Numbered from the stretch's first letter, positions 26,463 to 37,687 are shown. The stretch is DNA of 62,604 nt from a bacterium (GCA_037139975.1 JBAXFJ010000003.1:1-62604); one strand, 5' to 3'. Notes: a model not told the origin generated them from the letters alone. Numbers and translations: made by a program.

Positions 26463-27655
26463 TAAAAACCCCGAGCTCGTTCATCGCACATGCCACGGAT
26501 GTGGCCTCGTTTTATGGGTTTCGCCCGTTGCGCGATGTTGAAAAAGAACTACAACAAGCCACACGAGCACACACCATCGCCACACTTGGGCGCAAGGCAC
26601 TCACCCCAGCACCACCACGAACACCTCACTCGTTCGGCGCCAGTATCGACACGTGCGTGAAGCGCTTCAAACAAAGAGACACTGAACCTGTGCTTGCTTT
26701 CTATACAAGTGCATCACCAACACACACACCCAGAACCGTTACCACAAACACCGTGGGTGAATTTGGCTTGCAAGTAGTTGGATCAAGTGAGAGCTTGGGT
26801 GAAATACTCCTTCTTAAGACACTCTTTGCAATTATGAGCGAATGGGGAGCGGGCGTCTCGCGTGTACGCGTCAATGCGTTGGGCGACCACGACTCAAAAG
26901 TGCGCTTTGAGCGAGAACTTGCGTTCTATCTGCGAAAACACAGCGCCGCACTCGACCCCACCTGCAGAAAAACAACGAGCGAGAACATGCTTGGAGTGTA
27001 CACATGCCAAAACGAACACTGCCGGCAAGTCCTCGCCGACGGCCCACGCGCAATGAACTTTCTGTCTGAAAAAAGCCGCGCACATTTTCGCGAAGTTTTG
27101 GAATATATCGAGAGTCTGGGCCTCCCCTACGAAATAGATGATTTGCTCGTGGGCGACGAGCGAAACCCCCACGTGGTCTTTGCGCTCGACCTTTTAGACA
27201 CCGACACCACCGTGCTGGGGAGCGCAGGTGGCCGCTACGATGAGTATGTTCGCAAAGCACACAACCACAAAGAAGGCTCAGCTGTTTCAGCGAGCATCTT
27301 CTTCCACAAAAAAGGCACAGCTCGATCTGATTTTGCCTCCTCAAGCACACAACAAAAAAGCACACTGCCTCCCAAAGTATACTTTGTACAACTCGGCAAC
27401 CGCGCCAAACTCCAAGGACTTGCGGTCATCGACATACTCCGCCAAGCACACGTGCCTGTGATGCAGTCGTTTGATGCAAAAGGCTTAGCGCCCCAACTCG
27501 AATCAGCAAAAGCGCGAGGCGCCTCACACCTGCTCATCATGGGCCAGCGGGAAGCGCTCGACGGCACCATCATCGTCCGCTCAGCCGCCACCAGCGCCCA
27601 AATGATCGTTGGTCTCGATGCCCTTCCCCGCTTCCTCAAGACACTGAAGGTGTAG
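26459..27655 (+). CDS. histidyl-tRNA synthetase-like protein with degenerate class II catalytic motifs
   Basis: Colinear with HisRS (NALGD..., AGGRYDEYV, C-terminal anticodon-binding domain VYFVQLG...LLIMGQRE). The motif 2 and RGLDYY equivalents are not conserved. Confidence 0.7.
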   Translation: MIKTPSSFIAHATDVASFYGFRPLRDVEKELQQATRAHTIATLGRKALTPAPPRTPHSFGASIDTCVKRFKQRDTEPVLAFYTSASPTHTPRTVTTNTVGEFGLQVVGSSESLGEILLLKTLFAIMSEWGAGVSRVRVNALGDHDSKVRFERELAFYLRKHSAALDPTCRKTTSENMLGVYTCQNEHCRQVLADGPRAMNFLSEKSRAHFREVLEYIESLGLPYEIDDLLVGDERNPHVVFALDLLDTDTTVLGSAGGRYDEYVRKAHNHKEGSAVSASIFFHKKGTARSDFASSSTQQKSTLPPKVYFVQLGNRAKLQGLAVIDILRQAHVPVMQSFDAKGLAPQLESAKARGASHLLIMGQREALDGTIIVRSAATSAQMIVGLDALPRFLKTLKV

Positions 27656-27728
27656 TGTGTGCATCATTTCTCCGTCTTTGGGGGACTCTTGCGCAGAAAC
27701 CACCAAGCTGGTATTATCATTAGCACAT

Positions 27729-27983
27729 ATGGCAATAAACGCAGAAGTGCAAAAAATGGACGCCGAAACATCGGTCAACCTCATCCGTCGCTTTACCAAG
27801 CGCGTGCAAGGTGCTGGGCTCATCCAGCGCATGCGCAATCGCCGCTACTATGCCCGCGTGAAGTCTTCTGAGGTCCGCCGCAAGCAGACCCTCAAAGTCA
27901 TCGCCCGCCGTGAAAACGTTCAAGAGCTCATCAAGCTCGGCAAACTGGTCGAGCGTACTACTCGTGGCCCTCGCCGCAAATAG
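27729..27983 (+). CDS. rpsU: 30S ribosomal protein S21
   Basis: SVNLIRRFTKRVQGAGLIQRMRNRRYYARVKSSEVRRKQ. ATG at 27729. Confidence 0.9.
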   Translation: MAINAEVQKMDAETSVNLIRRFTKRVQGAGLIQRMRNRRYYARVKSSEVRRKQTLKVIARRENVQELIKLGKLVERTTRGPRRK

Positions 27984-27988
27984 CAACC

Positions 27989-28447
27989 GTGGCAATACGC
28001 CGACAAGTACGAAAAAGAGTGCGCTCCGGGCCGCTAGGCCAAGTCAAACCCTCTTTTTCACACTTGTCGGCTCCAAAGACCTCATCTGATTTTGAGGAAA
28101 TCAAAGTCGCCGTGCTTGGTAAAAAATACGACCTTTCGGTCGCTTTTTTAATTCCTGCCGAGATGCAAAAGATTACTAAAGAAAGACTCTCTAAGGTAGA
28201 GAAAAAAGACCCGGGACATATTTCAAACGTACTCTCGTTCCCGCTTTCAAAAACCTCCGGCGAGATTTTGTTATGTCCAAAAGTCGCCGAGAAAGAGTGT
28301 GCAAGTTTTTCGATGGACAAGCGCACCTACCTTGCCTTTTTGTTTATCCACGGATGCTTTCATTTAAAAGGATTGAAACATGGTGCTACAATGGAGAGTG
28401 AAGAAAAACGAATCATGAAGCGATTCGGTCTTCGCCCACGCGAATGA
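27989..28447 (+). CDS. ybeY: rRNA maturation endoribonuclease YbeY
   Basis: NVLSFPL and the HGCFHLKGLKHG metal motif. The start is uncertain: GTG at 27989 (the hairpin element would be translated) or TTG at 28064 (inside the 3' hairpin arm). Confidence 0.85.
   Translation: MAIRRQVRKRVRSGPLGQVKPSFSHLSAPKTSSDFEEIKVAVLGKKYDLSVAFLIPAEMQKITKERLSKVEKKDPGHISNVLSFPLSKTSGEILLCPKVAEKECASFSMDKRTYLAFLFIHGCFHLKGLKHGATMESEEKRIMKRFGLRPRE
27999..28071 (+). repeat. 73-bp hairpin element with conserved 33-nt core (copy 2 of 2)
   Basis: Arms gccgacaagt-ac-gaaaaagag / ctctttttc-ac-acttgtcggc enclose core 28021-28053, which is 32/33 identical to the minus strand of 5494-5526. Confidence 0.85.
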
Positions 28448-29622
28448 ATAAAATTGTAACTGGAATAGATGTCGGCACCTATCACGTGAAAGTGGTGGTG
28501 GCTGAACTCGCAGACGACCCGCGCCAACCACCACACGTCTTGGGCACCGGCTATGCTGAAAGTCGCGGCCTCAAACAAGGGTACGTGGTCGCCCCCCTTG
28601 AAGCAGCGCACTCCATTGGTGCAGCAGTCAACCAAGCCAGCCGTGCCGCGCGCGTTCCTATCAAAAAAGCCTATGTATCACTTAGCGGCGTAGGTTTAAA
28701 TGAAGTATTTTCTCGAGGCGAAGCAGTCGTGGAGCGCGGCGACTCTGAGATCGTCGACAGTGACATTTCCCGCGTCATTGCTGCCAGCGAAAAAGCGTTG
28801 CCACCAGGCACCACGCTCAACCAAAAAACCATTCACACCATTCCGCTCCACTTCACTGTCGATGGGGTGCGCGTCATGGGCACTAACCCTGTGGGAATGA
28901 AAGGCATGCGCATCGCAGTCGAAACACTCTTCATCACCTACCAAGAAGTACACATGCGCAACCTGGTGGAAGCAGTTGAAGCTGCGGGCGTTGAGGTGGA
29001 AGACTTTGTTGCTGGCCCCATCGCCGCAAGCTTTGTTGCGCTCACTAAAACTCAAAAACGCCTTGGCTCTATCCTGGTCAACATTGGCTCTGAAACACTT
29101 TCAACCGTTGTGTTTGAAGATACGCGTCCCGTTTCAATAAAAATATTCCCCATAGGTGGCGCCAACATCACCAACGACCTGGCACTGGGGCTGCGCATCT
29201 CACCCGAAGAAGCAGAACAGCTCAAGATGGGCGCGGTTCTTGGCGGCAACATCCCAAAAAAGAAAGTGGACGACATCACACATCGTCGCCTCACCGAGAT
29301 ATTTAAATACATCGAAGCACATTTGAAAAAAATAAACCGGGACGAGCTTCTGCCTGGTGGAGTCGTCCTCACTGGCGGCGGCGCATCAGTTGTTGGCATC
29401 AGCGAAATCGCTAAAGCAGTACTACGTCTCCCTTCACGCATCGCGTCCCTTTCAGAGAGCAACGCAACCCAAATGCAGCTGGGCGACAATTTGTGGGCGA
29501 CAGCCTATGGCCTGACCATCTGGGGCTTTACTCACGGGGGCGACATTGAACACCACGGGGACAGCAACTTCCGCGACACCTTCAAAAACTTCTGGCGCTG
29601 GGCAAAGAAGTTTTTACCATAA
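28444..29622 (+). CDS. ftsA: cell division protein FtsA
   Basis: Actin-like ATPase with an IVTGIDVGTYHVKVVVAE N-terminus and LTGGGASVVGI. Confidence 0.9.
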   Translation: MNKIVTGIDVGTYHVKVVVAELADDPRQPPHVLGTGYAESRGLKQGYVVAPLEAAHSIGAAVNQASRAARVPIKKAYVSLSGVGLNEVFSRGEAVVERGDSEIVDSDISRVIAASEKALPPGTTLNQKTIHTIPLHFTVDGVRVMGTNPVGMKGMRIAVETLFITYQEVHMRNLVEAVEAAGVEVEDFVAGPIAASFVALTKTQKRLGSILVNIGSETLSTVVFEDTRPVSIKIFPIGGANITNDLALGLRISPEEAEQLKMGAVLGGNIPKKKVDDITHRRLTEIFKYIEAHLKKINRDELLPGGVVLTGGGASVVGISEIAKAVLRLPSRIASLSESNATQMQLGDNLWATAYGLTIWGFTHGGDIEHHGDSNFRDTFKNFWRWAKKFLP

Positions 29623-29744
29623 ACTGCACAAGACAAGACAAAACAAGACAAGAATAGCCTTGTTTTTCAAACAGATTTTCTGAAACGTCTAGACCTGTCT
29701 TGCCGACAAGGCAGATTTGCAAAGGAATGTGCGGGTGGTAGAGT

Positions 29745-31022
29745 ATGGGCACAACAGCTAGCCCAGTAATAGACGTAATAGATTTATTTATGCCACAAGT
29801 ACAGCCAGAAATTGAAGCGTTCGCACGGATCCGCGTTGTTGGTGTTGGTGGCTCAGGAAAAAATGCTGTCAACCACATGGTTGAGAACAAAGTGCGCGGC
29901 GTCGATTTTGTCTCAATCAACACTGACGCACAAGACCTACACCATTCACTCGCCAAAAAGAAAATTCACATTGGCAAAAACCTGACCCGAGGGCTTGGCG
30001 CCGGAATGAATCCTGAAATCGGCAAGCGTGCGTCTGAAGAGACCAAAGAAGAAATCCAACAAGCACTCAAAGGCTCTGACATGGTCTTCATCGCCTGCGG
30101 CATGGGTGGCGGCACCGGCACCGGAGCCGCGCCCATCGTTGCCAAGACTTCAAAAGAGCTGGGAGCCCTCACCGTGGCCGTTGTGACCAAACCATTTTCA
30201 TTTGAAGGCCAACAGCGCATGCGTCTGGCAGAACAAGGCCTTGAAGAATTGCGCAAGGAGGTGGACGCACTCATCGTCATCCCCAACGACCGTTTGCTCG
30301 CTACCGTCGCCAAAGACACGACACTCAAAGCAGCTTTTGCCATGTCTGACGACGTGCTGATGCAAGCCGTTGAGGGCATCTCAGACCTCATCACCCACCC
30401 CGGCATCATCAACGTTGACTTCGCCGACATCCGCGCCGTGATGGAGAATGCAGGTAGCGCGCTCATGGGCGTGGGCATCGCCTCAGGCGAAAATCGCGCA
30501 GTCATGGCCGCTAAAGCAGCCGTCTCCTCACCCCTGCTCGAGCTTTCAATCAACGGCGCAAAGGGTGTTTTGTTTGCAATCGCGGGTGGCGATGACTTGG
30601 GGATGATCGAAGTCCATGAAGCAGCGAAGATTGTGACCGAGTCTGTCGACCCGAACGCAAAAATCATCTTTGGTGCCATCAAAGACGAGAAGCTCAAGAA
30701 AAACGATGTGCGCGTCACTGTCATTGCAACCGGCTTCCCCACCGGCGCCAGCTTAGGCAACCAACGCGGCATGCCACTTTTCAACTTCAATAGTCGCGAT
30801 GGCAAAGAGGCAGACGTCCCACCAGTGGGTGCAAATACGAGTACTATTGGAAAAATATTCAACACCTCGCCACAGCCTGTGGCCGCACCAACCCAACCAA
30901 CCCTCAAAGAAGAAATAAAGCCCGTTGAATCCAACGAACCAAAAGTCAAAAAAGACGTCGAGGACGAGACCGACGACTGGGGTTCGATGCCTTCTTTCCT
31001 GCGCAGACCAAAGATTAAATAA
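29745..31022 (+). CDS. ftsZ: cell division protein FtsZ
   Basis: VVGVGGSGKNAVN and the GGGTGTGAAP tubulin signature. An alternative ATG lies at 29790. Confidence 0.95.
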   Translation: MGTTASPVIDVIDLFMPQVQPEIEAFARIRVVGVGGSGKNAVNHMVENKVRGVDFVSINTDAQDLHHSLAKKKIHIGKNLTRGLGAGMNPEIGKRASEETKEEIQQALKGSDMVFIACGMGGGTGTGAAPIVAKTSKELGALTVAVVTKPFSFEGQQRMRLAEQGLEELRKEVDALIVIPNDRLLATVAKDTTLKAAFAMSDDVLMQAVEGISDLITHPGIINVDFADIRAVMENAGSALMGVGIASGENRAVMAAKAAVSSPLLELSINGAKGVLFAIAGGDDLGMIEVHEAAKIVTESVDPNAKIIFGAIKDEKLKKNDVRVTVIATGFPTGASLGNQRGMPLFNFNSRDGKEADVPPVGANTSTIGKIFNTSPQPVAAPTQPTLKEEIKPVESNEPKVKKDVEDETDDWGSMPSFLRRPKIK

Positions 31023-31046
31023 ACACTCCCCTTCTGACCTTCTGAC

Positions 31047-31079
31047 AAAAAAACCTGCTCATGTGAGCAGGTTTTTTTG
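31047..31079. terminator. bidirectional intrinsic terminator between ftsZ and groEL
   Basis: aaaaaaacctgctca-tg-tgagcaggttttttt. Confidence 0.85.
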
Positions 31080-31115
31080 TTTATAAGAAGTTTATTCTTA
31101 ACACTACAACAGAAA

Positions 31116-32768
<1,653 letters not shown>

Positions 32769-32829
32769 TTAAAGACGACTCCTTGCTGCTTGCCAGAAAG
32801 GTGTTGCCTTGAATTTTATTAGTTAGTAA

Positions 32830-33249
32830 TTACTCAACAATAAGCGTCACGTCTGACTCAGAAATAATGTAATACTCGACGCCTTTAATTTTAATAGGCT
32901 CGTCCCACGGCTTTTTGAAGTAGACCGTATCGCCAACTTCCACATCGAGCTCGATGCGCTCGCCTTGGTCGTTTTTGCGGCCAGGACCCACCGCAACCAC
33001 GGTGCCTTGCTCGGGCTTTTCTTTTGCCGAGTCGGGAATAATCAAACCAAACGAAGTAGTTGTACCCATTTCTTCAGCTGTCAGTGGGCGAATCAACACT
33101 CGGTCACCAAGCGGCATCACACCCGACGTGTTTTTCGGCGCAGTGCTTTTTACTGCTGTTTGATTTGCTTTGGGAGCAACTTTTTTTACAGCTGGTTTTG
33201 CCGCTTTTTTAACTACTTTTTTTTGCTGAACTTTCTTCTTTTTCTGCAT
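32830..33249 (-). CDS. groS: co-chaperonin GroES with a Lys-rich N-terminal extension
   Basis: The core PLGDRVLIRP...GTVVAVGPG...GDTVYF is preceded by about 44 aa of K/A/V-rich sequence. An internal ATG lies at 33117. Confidence 0.9.
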   Translation of the reverse strand: MQKKKKVQQKKVVKKAAKPAVKKVAPKANQTAVKSTAPKNTSGVMPLGDRVLIRPLTAEEMGTTTSFGLIIPDSAKEKPEQGTVVAVGPGRKNDQGERIELDVEVGDTVYFKKPWDEPIKIKGVEYYIISESDVTLIVE

Positions 33250-33309
33250 AGGAAAAATTCTTTATTTTAAGCTTATAAATTCGGCTTTTTTGGGCCCTTG
33301 GTGCTGTAA

Positions 33310-33338
33310 AATATAGTCCATAGAGTAGACGTGGTCAA
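33310..33338 (-). promoter_or_regulatory. candidate sigma70-type promoter for groES-groEL
   Basis: Minus strand reads TTGACC, 17 nt, TATATT. Confidence 0.45.
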
Positions 33339-33358
33339 GTTGCACCCCCACCCCGATT

Positions 33359-33607
33359 ATGCTAAAATCGTTGCTAATGACTCTGCACAGTATCTTGCCG
33401 TATATACAGATGGTTTTGGCGGTAGTCCTGATAGTCTGCATCCTTTTGCAGCAAACGGGAGCCTCTCTTGGCGGCGCATTCGGCGGCGACAACTTTAGCG
33501 CGGCATATCACACTCGCCGCGGAAGCGAAAAATATCTGTTCTACGCGGCCATTGTCAGCGGCACGTTGTTTGCCCTGTCTGCGTTCGTTGCGCTTCTCAT
33601 CCACTAG
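33359..33607 (+). CDS. secG: preprotein translocase subunit SecG
   Basis: 82 aa with two TM helices and LLQQTGASLGGAFGG. Confidence 0.85.
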   Translation: MLKSLLMTLHSILPYIQMVLAVVLIVCILLQQTGASLGGAFGGDNFSAAYHTRRGSEKYLFYAAIVSGTLFALSAFVALLIH

Positions 33608-33668
33608 TCACTTCCCTATACGAGTCTCAAAAACCACGTTACTCAAATCTTATTACTTATAAACTACT

Positions 33669-35387
33669 ATGATCCGAACAGCGCGCGCGCTGCTGCAGTC
33701 CTTTTCTGCCAGCGGGAAAGCACTCTTTCTTTTTTTTGCAGGACTTTTAATTGTCAGCGCTATTGGCCTTGTCTATCTGCTGAACCAACGCCTGCTTGTG
33801 AGTGTCCCTACCCATGGCGGATCTTTGGCTGAAGGCGTCGTTGGCGCCCCACGATTCATCAACCCCGTACTTGCCGCTTCAGATTCCGACAAAGACCTCA
33901 CCGCCCTTGTGTATTCAGGCCTTTTGAAAGCCCTGCCTTCTGGTGCATACACGCCAGACTTAGCAGAGAGCTATTCCATCTCAGCAGACGGGAAAACATA
34001 CACCGTGCAACTCAAACCAGCGGCGACCTTCCAAGATGGAACGCCCGTGACCGCAGACGACGTACTTTTTACTATAGGAAAAATCCAAAACCCAACACTC
34101 AAAAGCCCCCTTCGGGCAAACTGGGACGGCGTACTGGTCACAGCCACGGGCCCACTCACGGTGCAATTTGTTGTGCGGCAAGCATACACACCATTTATTG
34201 CGAACCTCACCTTGGGCATTTTGCCGAAACACCTCTGGGACGGCGTGGGCGACACTGACTTTTCGTTTAGCGCTCTCAACGGTACCCCTGTTGGATCTGG
34301 CCCCTTTAGCGTTGGGCCCATTTCGCGCAATGCTTCAGGACTCCCAACCTCTTATACTCTTTTGGCCTTCAAACACTACACCCTGGGGTGGCCATACCTT
34401 GACTCACTTGTATTCCATTTTTATCAAAACCAAAACGACCTCACGCGAGCACTCAAAAGTGGTGACATAGATTCCGCGAGTGGTATTTCCCCAGAGGCTC
34501 TTTCAGGTATAACAGACCGAAACATTGTGCATTCACCACAGGGCCGCGTGTTTGCCGTCTTCTTCAACCAAAATCAGTCGACAGTCTTGCGTGATGTAAA
34601 CGTCCGCCAAGCACTCGACGACGCACTCGATAAAGACGCGCTGGTCAAAGACGTGCTCGGTGGATACGGCATAGCCATTGACGACCCCTTGCCCCCTTCG
34701 CTCCCTGGCGGAGTCGCATGGCAAGGAGAAGCAGACATTTCAAGCACTGAACGCATCAACGGGGCTCGTCAGGAATTGCTCAAAGCAGGTTGGACTGTGG
34801 GACAAGACGGCACGCTGCAAAAAGTCACCGGGTCGGGCAAAACCGCCAAAATAATACCACTTTCATTCACCCTCGCGACCGGCAACGTACCTGAGCTGCA
34901 CAACGCGGCGCTCTTCGTCCAAAGAACGTGGCAACAGATGGGTGCCAAGGTGGGGACGGCAGTCTATGACCAGGGAGACTTGTCGCAAAACGTCATCCGC
35001 CCACGACACTATGACGCCCTGCTCTTTGGCGAAGTGGTGGGGAGACAGCCAGACCTTTATGCATTTTGGCACTCGTCGCAACGCCTCGACCCAGGGCTCA
35101 ACATTGCACTCTATGCCAACACGAGCGTCGACAGCGCGTTGGCAACCTTGCGCACCACACAAGACGCGAGCGCCCAGCAATCCCTGTACAAGAGCGTCCA
35201 GACCGCACTCCAGAAGGACATCCCCGCACTATTTCTCTATACGCCAGACTTCGTGTATACTGTGCCAAAAGACATCGTGGGCGTGGATTTAGGCTTTATC
35301 GAGACACCAAGTGACCGATTCTTGAGCGTTGCGCAGTGGCATCGCGAAACAGACTCTGTATGGCCCATCTTCGCTTCGCGAAGATAA
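33669..35387 (+). CDS. ABC-type solute-binding protein, family 5 (peptide/nickel type), orphan
   Basis: 572 aa with an N-terminal anchor and an SBP_bac_5-like pattern (FQDGTPVTADDVLFT). No permease gene is adjacent. Confidence 0.8.
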   Translation: MIRTARALLQSFSASGKALFLFFAGLLIVSAIGLVYLLNQRLLVSVPTHGGSLAEGVVGAPRFINPVLAASDSDKDLTALVYSGLLKALPSGAYTPDLAESYSISADGKTYTVQLKPAATFQDGTPVTADDVLFTIGKIQNPTLKSPLRANWDGVLVTATGPLTVQFVVRQAYTPFIANLTLGILPKHLWDGVGDTDFSFSALNGTPVGSGPFSVGPISRNASGLPTSYTLLAFKHYTLGWPYLDSLVFHFYQNQNDLTRALKSGDIDSASGISPEALSGITDRNIVHSPQGRVFAVFFNQNQSTVLRDVNVRQALDDALDKDALVKDVLGGYGIAIDDPLPPSLPGGVAWQGEADISSTERINGARQELLKAGWTVGQDGTLQKVTGSGKTAKIIPLSFTLATGNVPELHNAALFVQRTWQQMGAKVGTAVYDQGDLSQNVIRPRHYDALLFGEVVGRQPDLYAFWHSSQRLDPGLNIALYANTSVDSALATLRTTQDASAQQSLYKSVQTALQKDIPALFLYTPDFVYTVPKDIVGVDLGFIETPSDRFLSVAQWHRETDSVWPIFASRR

Positions 35388-35472
35388 ATAAAAAAGTGTA
35401 AAGCAAAGATACAAACTGGTTTCCCAAAATTAAAATTTACTAATTACTCATATAACTAACTTCATAAGTATC

Positions 35473-37377
35473 ATGCCAACAGAACCATCAAAAGGACCAC
35501 ATCGCCCGCACACTGCCCGCCCAAGCGGCACTGGCACAGGCCCACGACGTCCATTTAGTGGCGGCCAAGGCGGAAACAGAGGCAAACGCAGCGGCCCTGG
35601 CCGCGCCGGCAGCCCACGCCCCCACCAAGCGCACCCCGTGCGCGAGTTGCCCATCCCCGGCAGCCAGAGCGGCAATGGCGACGAGAAGCCAATCCCCCCT
35701 TTAGGTACAGGCAACATCCGCATCATCCCGCTCGGCGGCGTCGAAGAAATCGGCCGCAACATGACCTGCATCGAATACGGCAATGACATTGTCATCGTCG
35801 ACTGCGGCTTCCAATTCCGCGAGGACGATACCCCGGGCATCGACTACATCCTCCCCAATACGAAGTATCTCGAAGATCGCCAGGACAAAATTCGCGCGAT
35901 GTTCATCACCCACGGACACCTCGACCACATTGGTGGCATCCCCTATGTCATCGACCGCATCGGCTATCCGCCCATTTACACACGAAGGCTCTCGGCGGTG
36001 ATGATCAAAAAGCGCCAGGAAGAATTCCCCAATCTCAAAACACTCGAGATCCACGAGGTTGAAAAGGACGACGTCGTGCGTGTGGGCGACCTGCGCGTGC
36101 GCTTCTTCTCGGTCTCGCACACCATCCCCGATGCAATGGGCATCATCATCGAGACACCCTACGGCATGGTGGTCTTCACCGGTGACCTGCGCCTCGACCA
36201 CACCGACGGCATTCCTTCAGAACAAGAAGAAAAAGAGTTCGCTTATTTCAAAGACAAAAAAGTGCTCTTTTTGGCCGCTGACTCGACCAACGCAGACAAG
36301 CCGGGCTTCTCACTGCCCGAGCGAATCGTGCAAAAGAATCTCGATGCGATCATCACCAATACTAAAACACGCCTGATTGTTGGCACCTTCTCCTCACAGC
36401 TCGAGCGCATCATGCGTATGCTTGAGGCGGCAGAGCGATGCGGTCGCAAGGTGCTTGTTGAGGGCCGCTCGATGAAAGTAAATATCGAAATTGTGAAGCA
36501 CTTGGGCATGCTCAAGGTAGACGAAAAGATGTTTATCGACGCCGCCCAACTTGAACACCTGCCCGACCACAAAGTGATGGTCTTAGCCACCGGCGCCCAA
36601 GGCGACGAATTTGCCGCGTTGATGCGTGTGGCGATGAAGACCCACAAGTATGTGAAGATCAAGAAAGGCGACACGGTGGTGCTCTCGTCTTCGGTGGTAC
36701 CCGGCAACGAACGCGCCGTGCAAAAACTCAAAGACAACCTCAGTCGCCAAGGCGCCCAGATCATCGACCGCCAGATCATGGACGTGCACGCCTCGGGCCA
36801 CGCCAACCGCGACGAAACCTTCTGGATCCACTCAAAAATCAATCCAAAATTCTTTATGCCCTTGCACGGCTACCACTACATGCTCCGCGTGCATGCCGAC
36901 ATCGCCAAGGCCTGCGGACGCGGTGAAGACGACATCATCGTCCCCGACAACAGCTGTGTTATAGAGATTCAAGAAGAGGGCACCAAGATTGTCCGACTCA
37001 AAGAGATGGCACCTGCGGGCCTGCGCCTGGTGGACGGCTTCTCGATTGGCGATATCCAAGAAGTGGTCATCCGCGACCGCACGGTGCTCGCCCAAGAAGG
37101 CATGTTCGTCATCATCGCAACCGTGAATCCAAAAACCGGCCACCTTAGAAAATCTCCCGACATTATTTCGCGTGGCTTTGTCTATTTGCGCGAGAATCAA
37201 GACCTGCTTTCGCAGACACGCCTACTGATTAAGAAGACAATAGAGGACGGGACAAAGAACCAACAGCCAATCAACTTCGACTTTGTCAAAAATAACGTCA
37301 CCGACGCCGTCGCCCGCTTCCTCTTTGAGAAAACCAACAAACGCCCCATCGTCATCCCCGTGGTGCTGGGGGTTTGA
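35473..37377 (+). CDS. rnj: ribonuclease J with a Gly/Arg/Pro-rich N-terminal extension
   Basis: Metallo-beta-lactamase HGHLDHIGG plus beta-CASP and C-terminal domains. Confidence 0.9.
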   Translation: MPTEPSKGPHRPHTARPSGTGTGPRRPFSGGQGGNRGKRSGPGRAGSPRPHQAHPVRELPIPGSQSGNGDEKPIPPLGTGNIRIIPLGGVEEIGRNMTCIEYGNDIVIVDCGFQFREDDTPGIDYILPNTKYLEDRQDKIRAMFITHGHLDHIGGIPYVIDRIGYPPIYTRRLSAVMIKKRQEEFPNLKTLEIHEVEKDDVVRVGDLRVRFFSVSHTIPDAMGIIIETPYGMVVFTGDLRLDHTDGIPSEQEEKEFAYFKDKKVLFLAADSTNADKPGFSLPERIVQKNLDAIITNTKTRLIVGTFSSQLERIMRMLEAAERCGRKVLVEGRSMKVNIEIVKHLGMLKVDEKMFIDAAQLEHLPDHKVMVLATGAQGDEFAALMRVAMKTHKYVKIKKGDTVVLSSSVVPGNERAVQKLKDNLSRQGAQIIDRQIMDVHASGHANRDETFWIHSKINPKFFMPLHGYHYMLRVHADIAKACGRGEDDIIVPDNSCVIEIQEEGTKIVRLKEMAPAGLRLVDGFSIGDIQEVVIRDRTVLAQEGMFVIIATVNPKTGHLRKSPDIISRGFVYLRENQDLLSQTRLLIKKTIEDGTKNQQPINFDFVKNNVTDAVARFLFEKTNKRPIVIPVVLGV

Positions 37378-37433
37378 TATTTCTTGTAAGTTCGGGTAGT
37401 GTACCTTTACGCAACAAATAGGAGCTTGCGGCG

Positions 37434-37625
37434 ATGTACATCCTTGTTTATTCGATTGTGGTGCTGGGAACCTTTGGTGCCCCCGCTATTGCAACCGGGG
37501 CACACGAGTTCAATTCAAAGGCGGCCTGCGAATTTGCGGCTAATGATCTGAGAAAAGAGAATGGGGTTTCCAAAAAAGCCGGGGTAATGGCCATGTGTTA
37601 CCCAAAGGGCGAACGAGACAAATAA
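37434..37625 (+). CDS. hypothetical small secreted or membrane protein
   Basis: aggag lies 9 nt upstream. Hydrophobic N-terminus and two Cys. A terminator follows. Confidence 0.5.
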   Translation: MYILVYSIVVLGTFGAPAIATGAHEFNSKAACEFAANDLRKENGVSKKAGVMAMCYPKGERDK

Positions 37626-37632
37626 CTGAAAG

Positions 37633-37670
37633 AAAAAACGGCGCCCAAATTGGGACGCCATTTCTTTTTC
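37633..37670. terminator. bidirectional intrinsic terminator (copy A)
   Basis: aaaaaacggcgccc-aaatt-gggacgccatttctttttc. It is nearly duplicated at 38383-38420. Confidence 0.8.
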
Positions 37671-37687
37671 TATAGCGACATTTGAAA

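Noticed and set aside
33250-33358. CIRCE (HrcA) operator upstream of groES.
   Set aside because: No TTAGCACTC-N9-GAGTGCTAA-like inverted repeat is present on either strand. Only a sigma70-like promoter candidate is visible.
35473-37377. Alternative genetic code (UGA read as Gly or Trp), as in some CPR and related lineages.
   Set aside because: TGA terminates rnj at the conserved C-terminus. Conserved genes throughout the window have no in-frame TGA where homologues continue, so the standard code fits.
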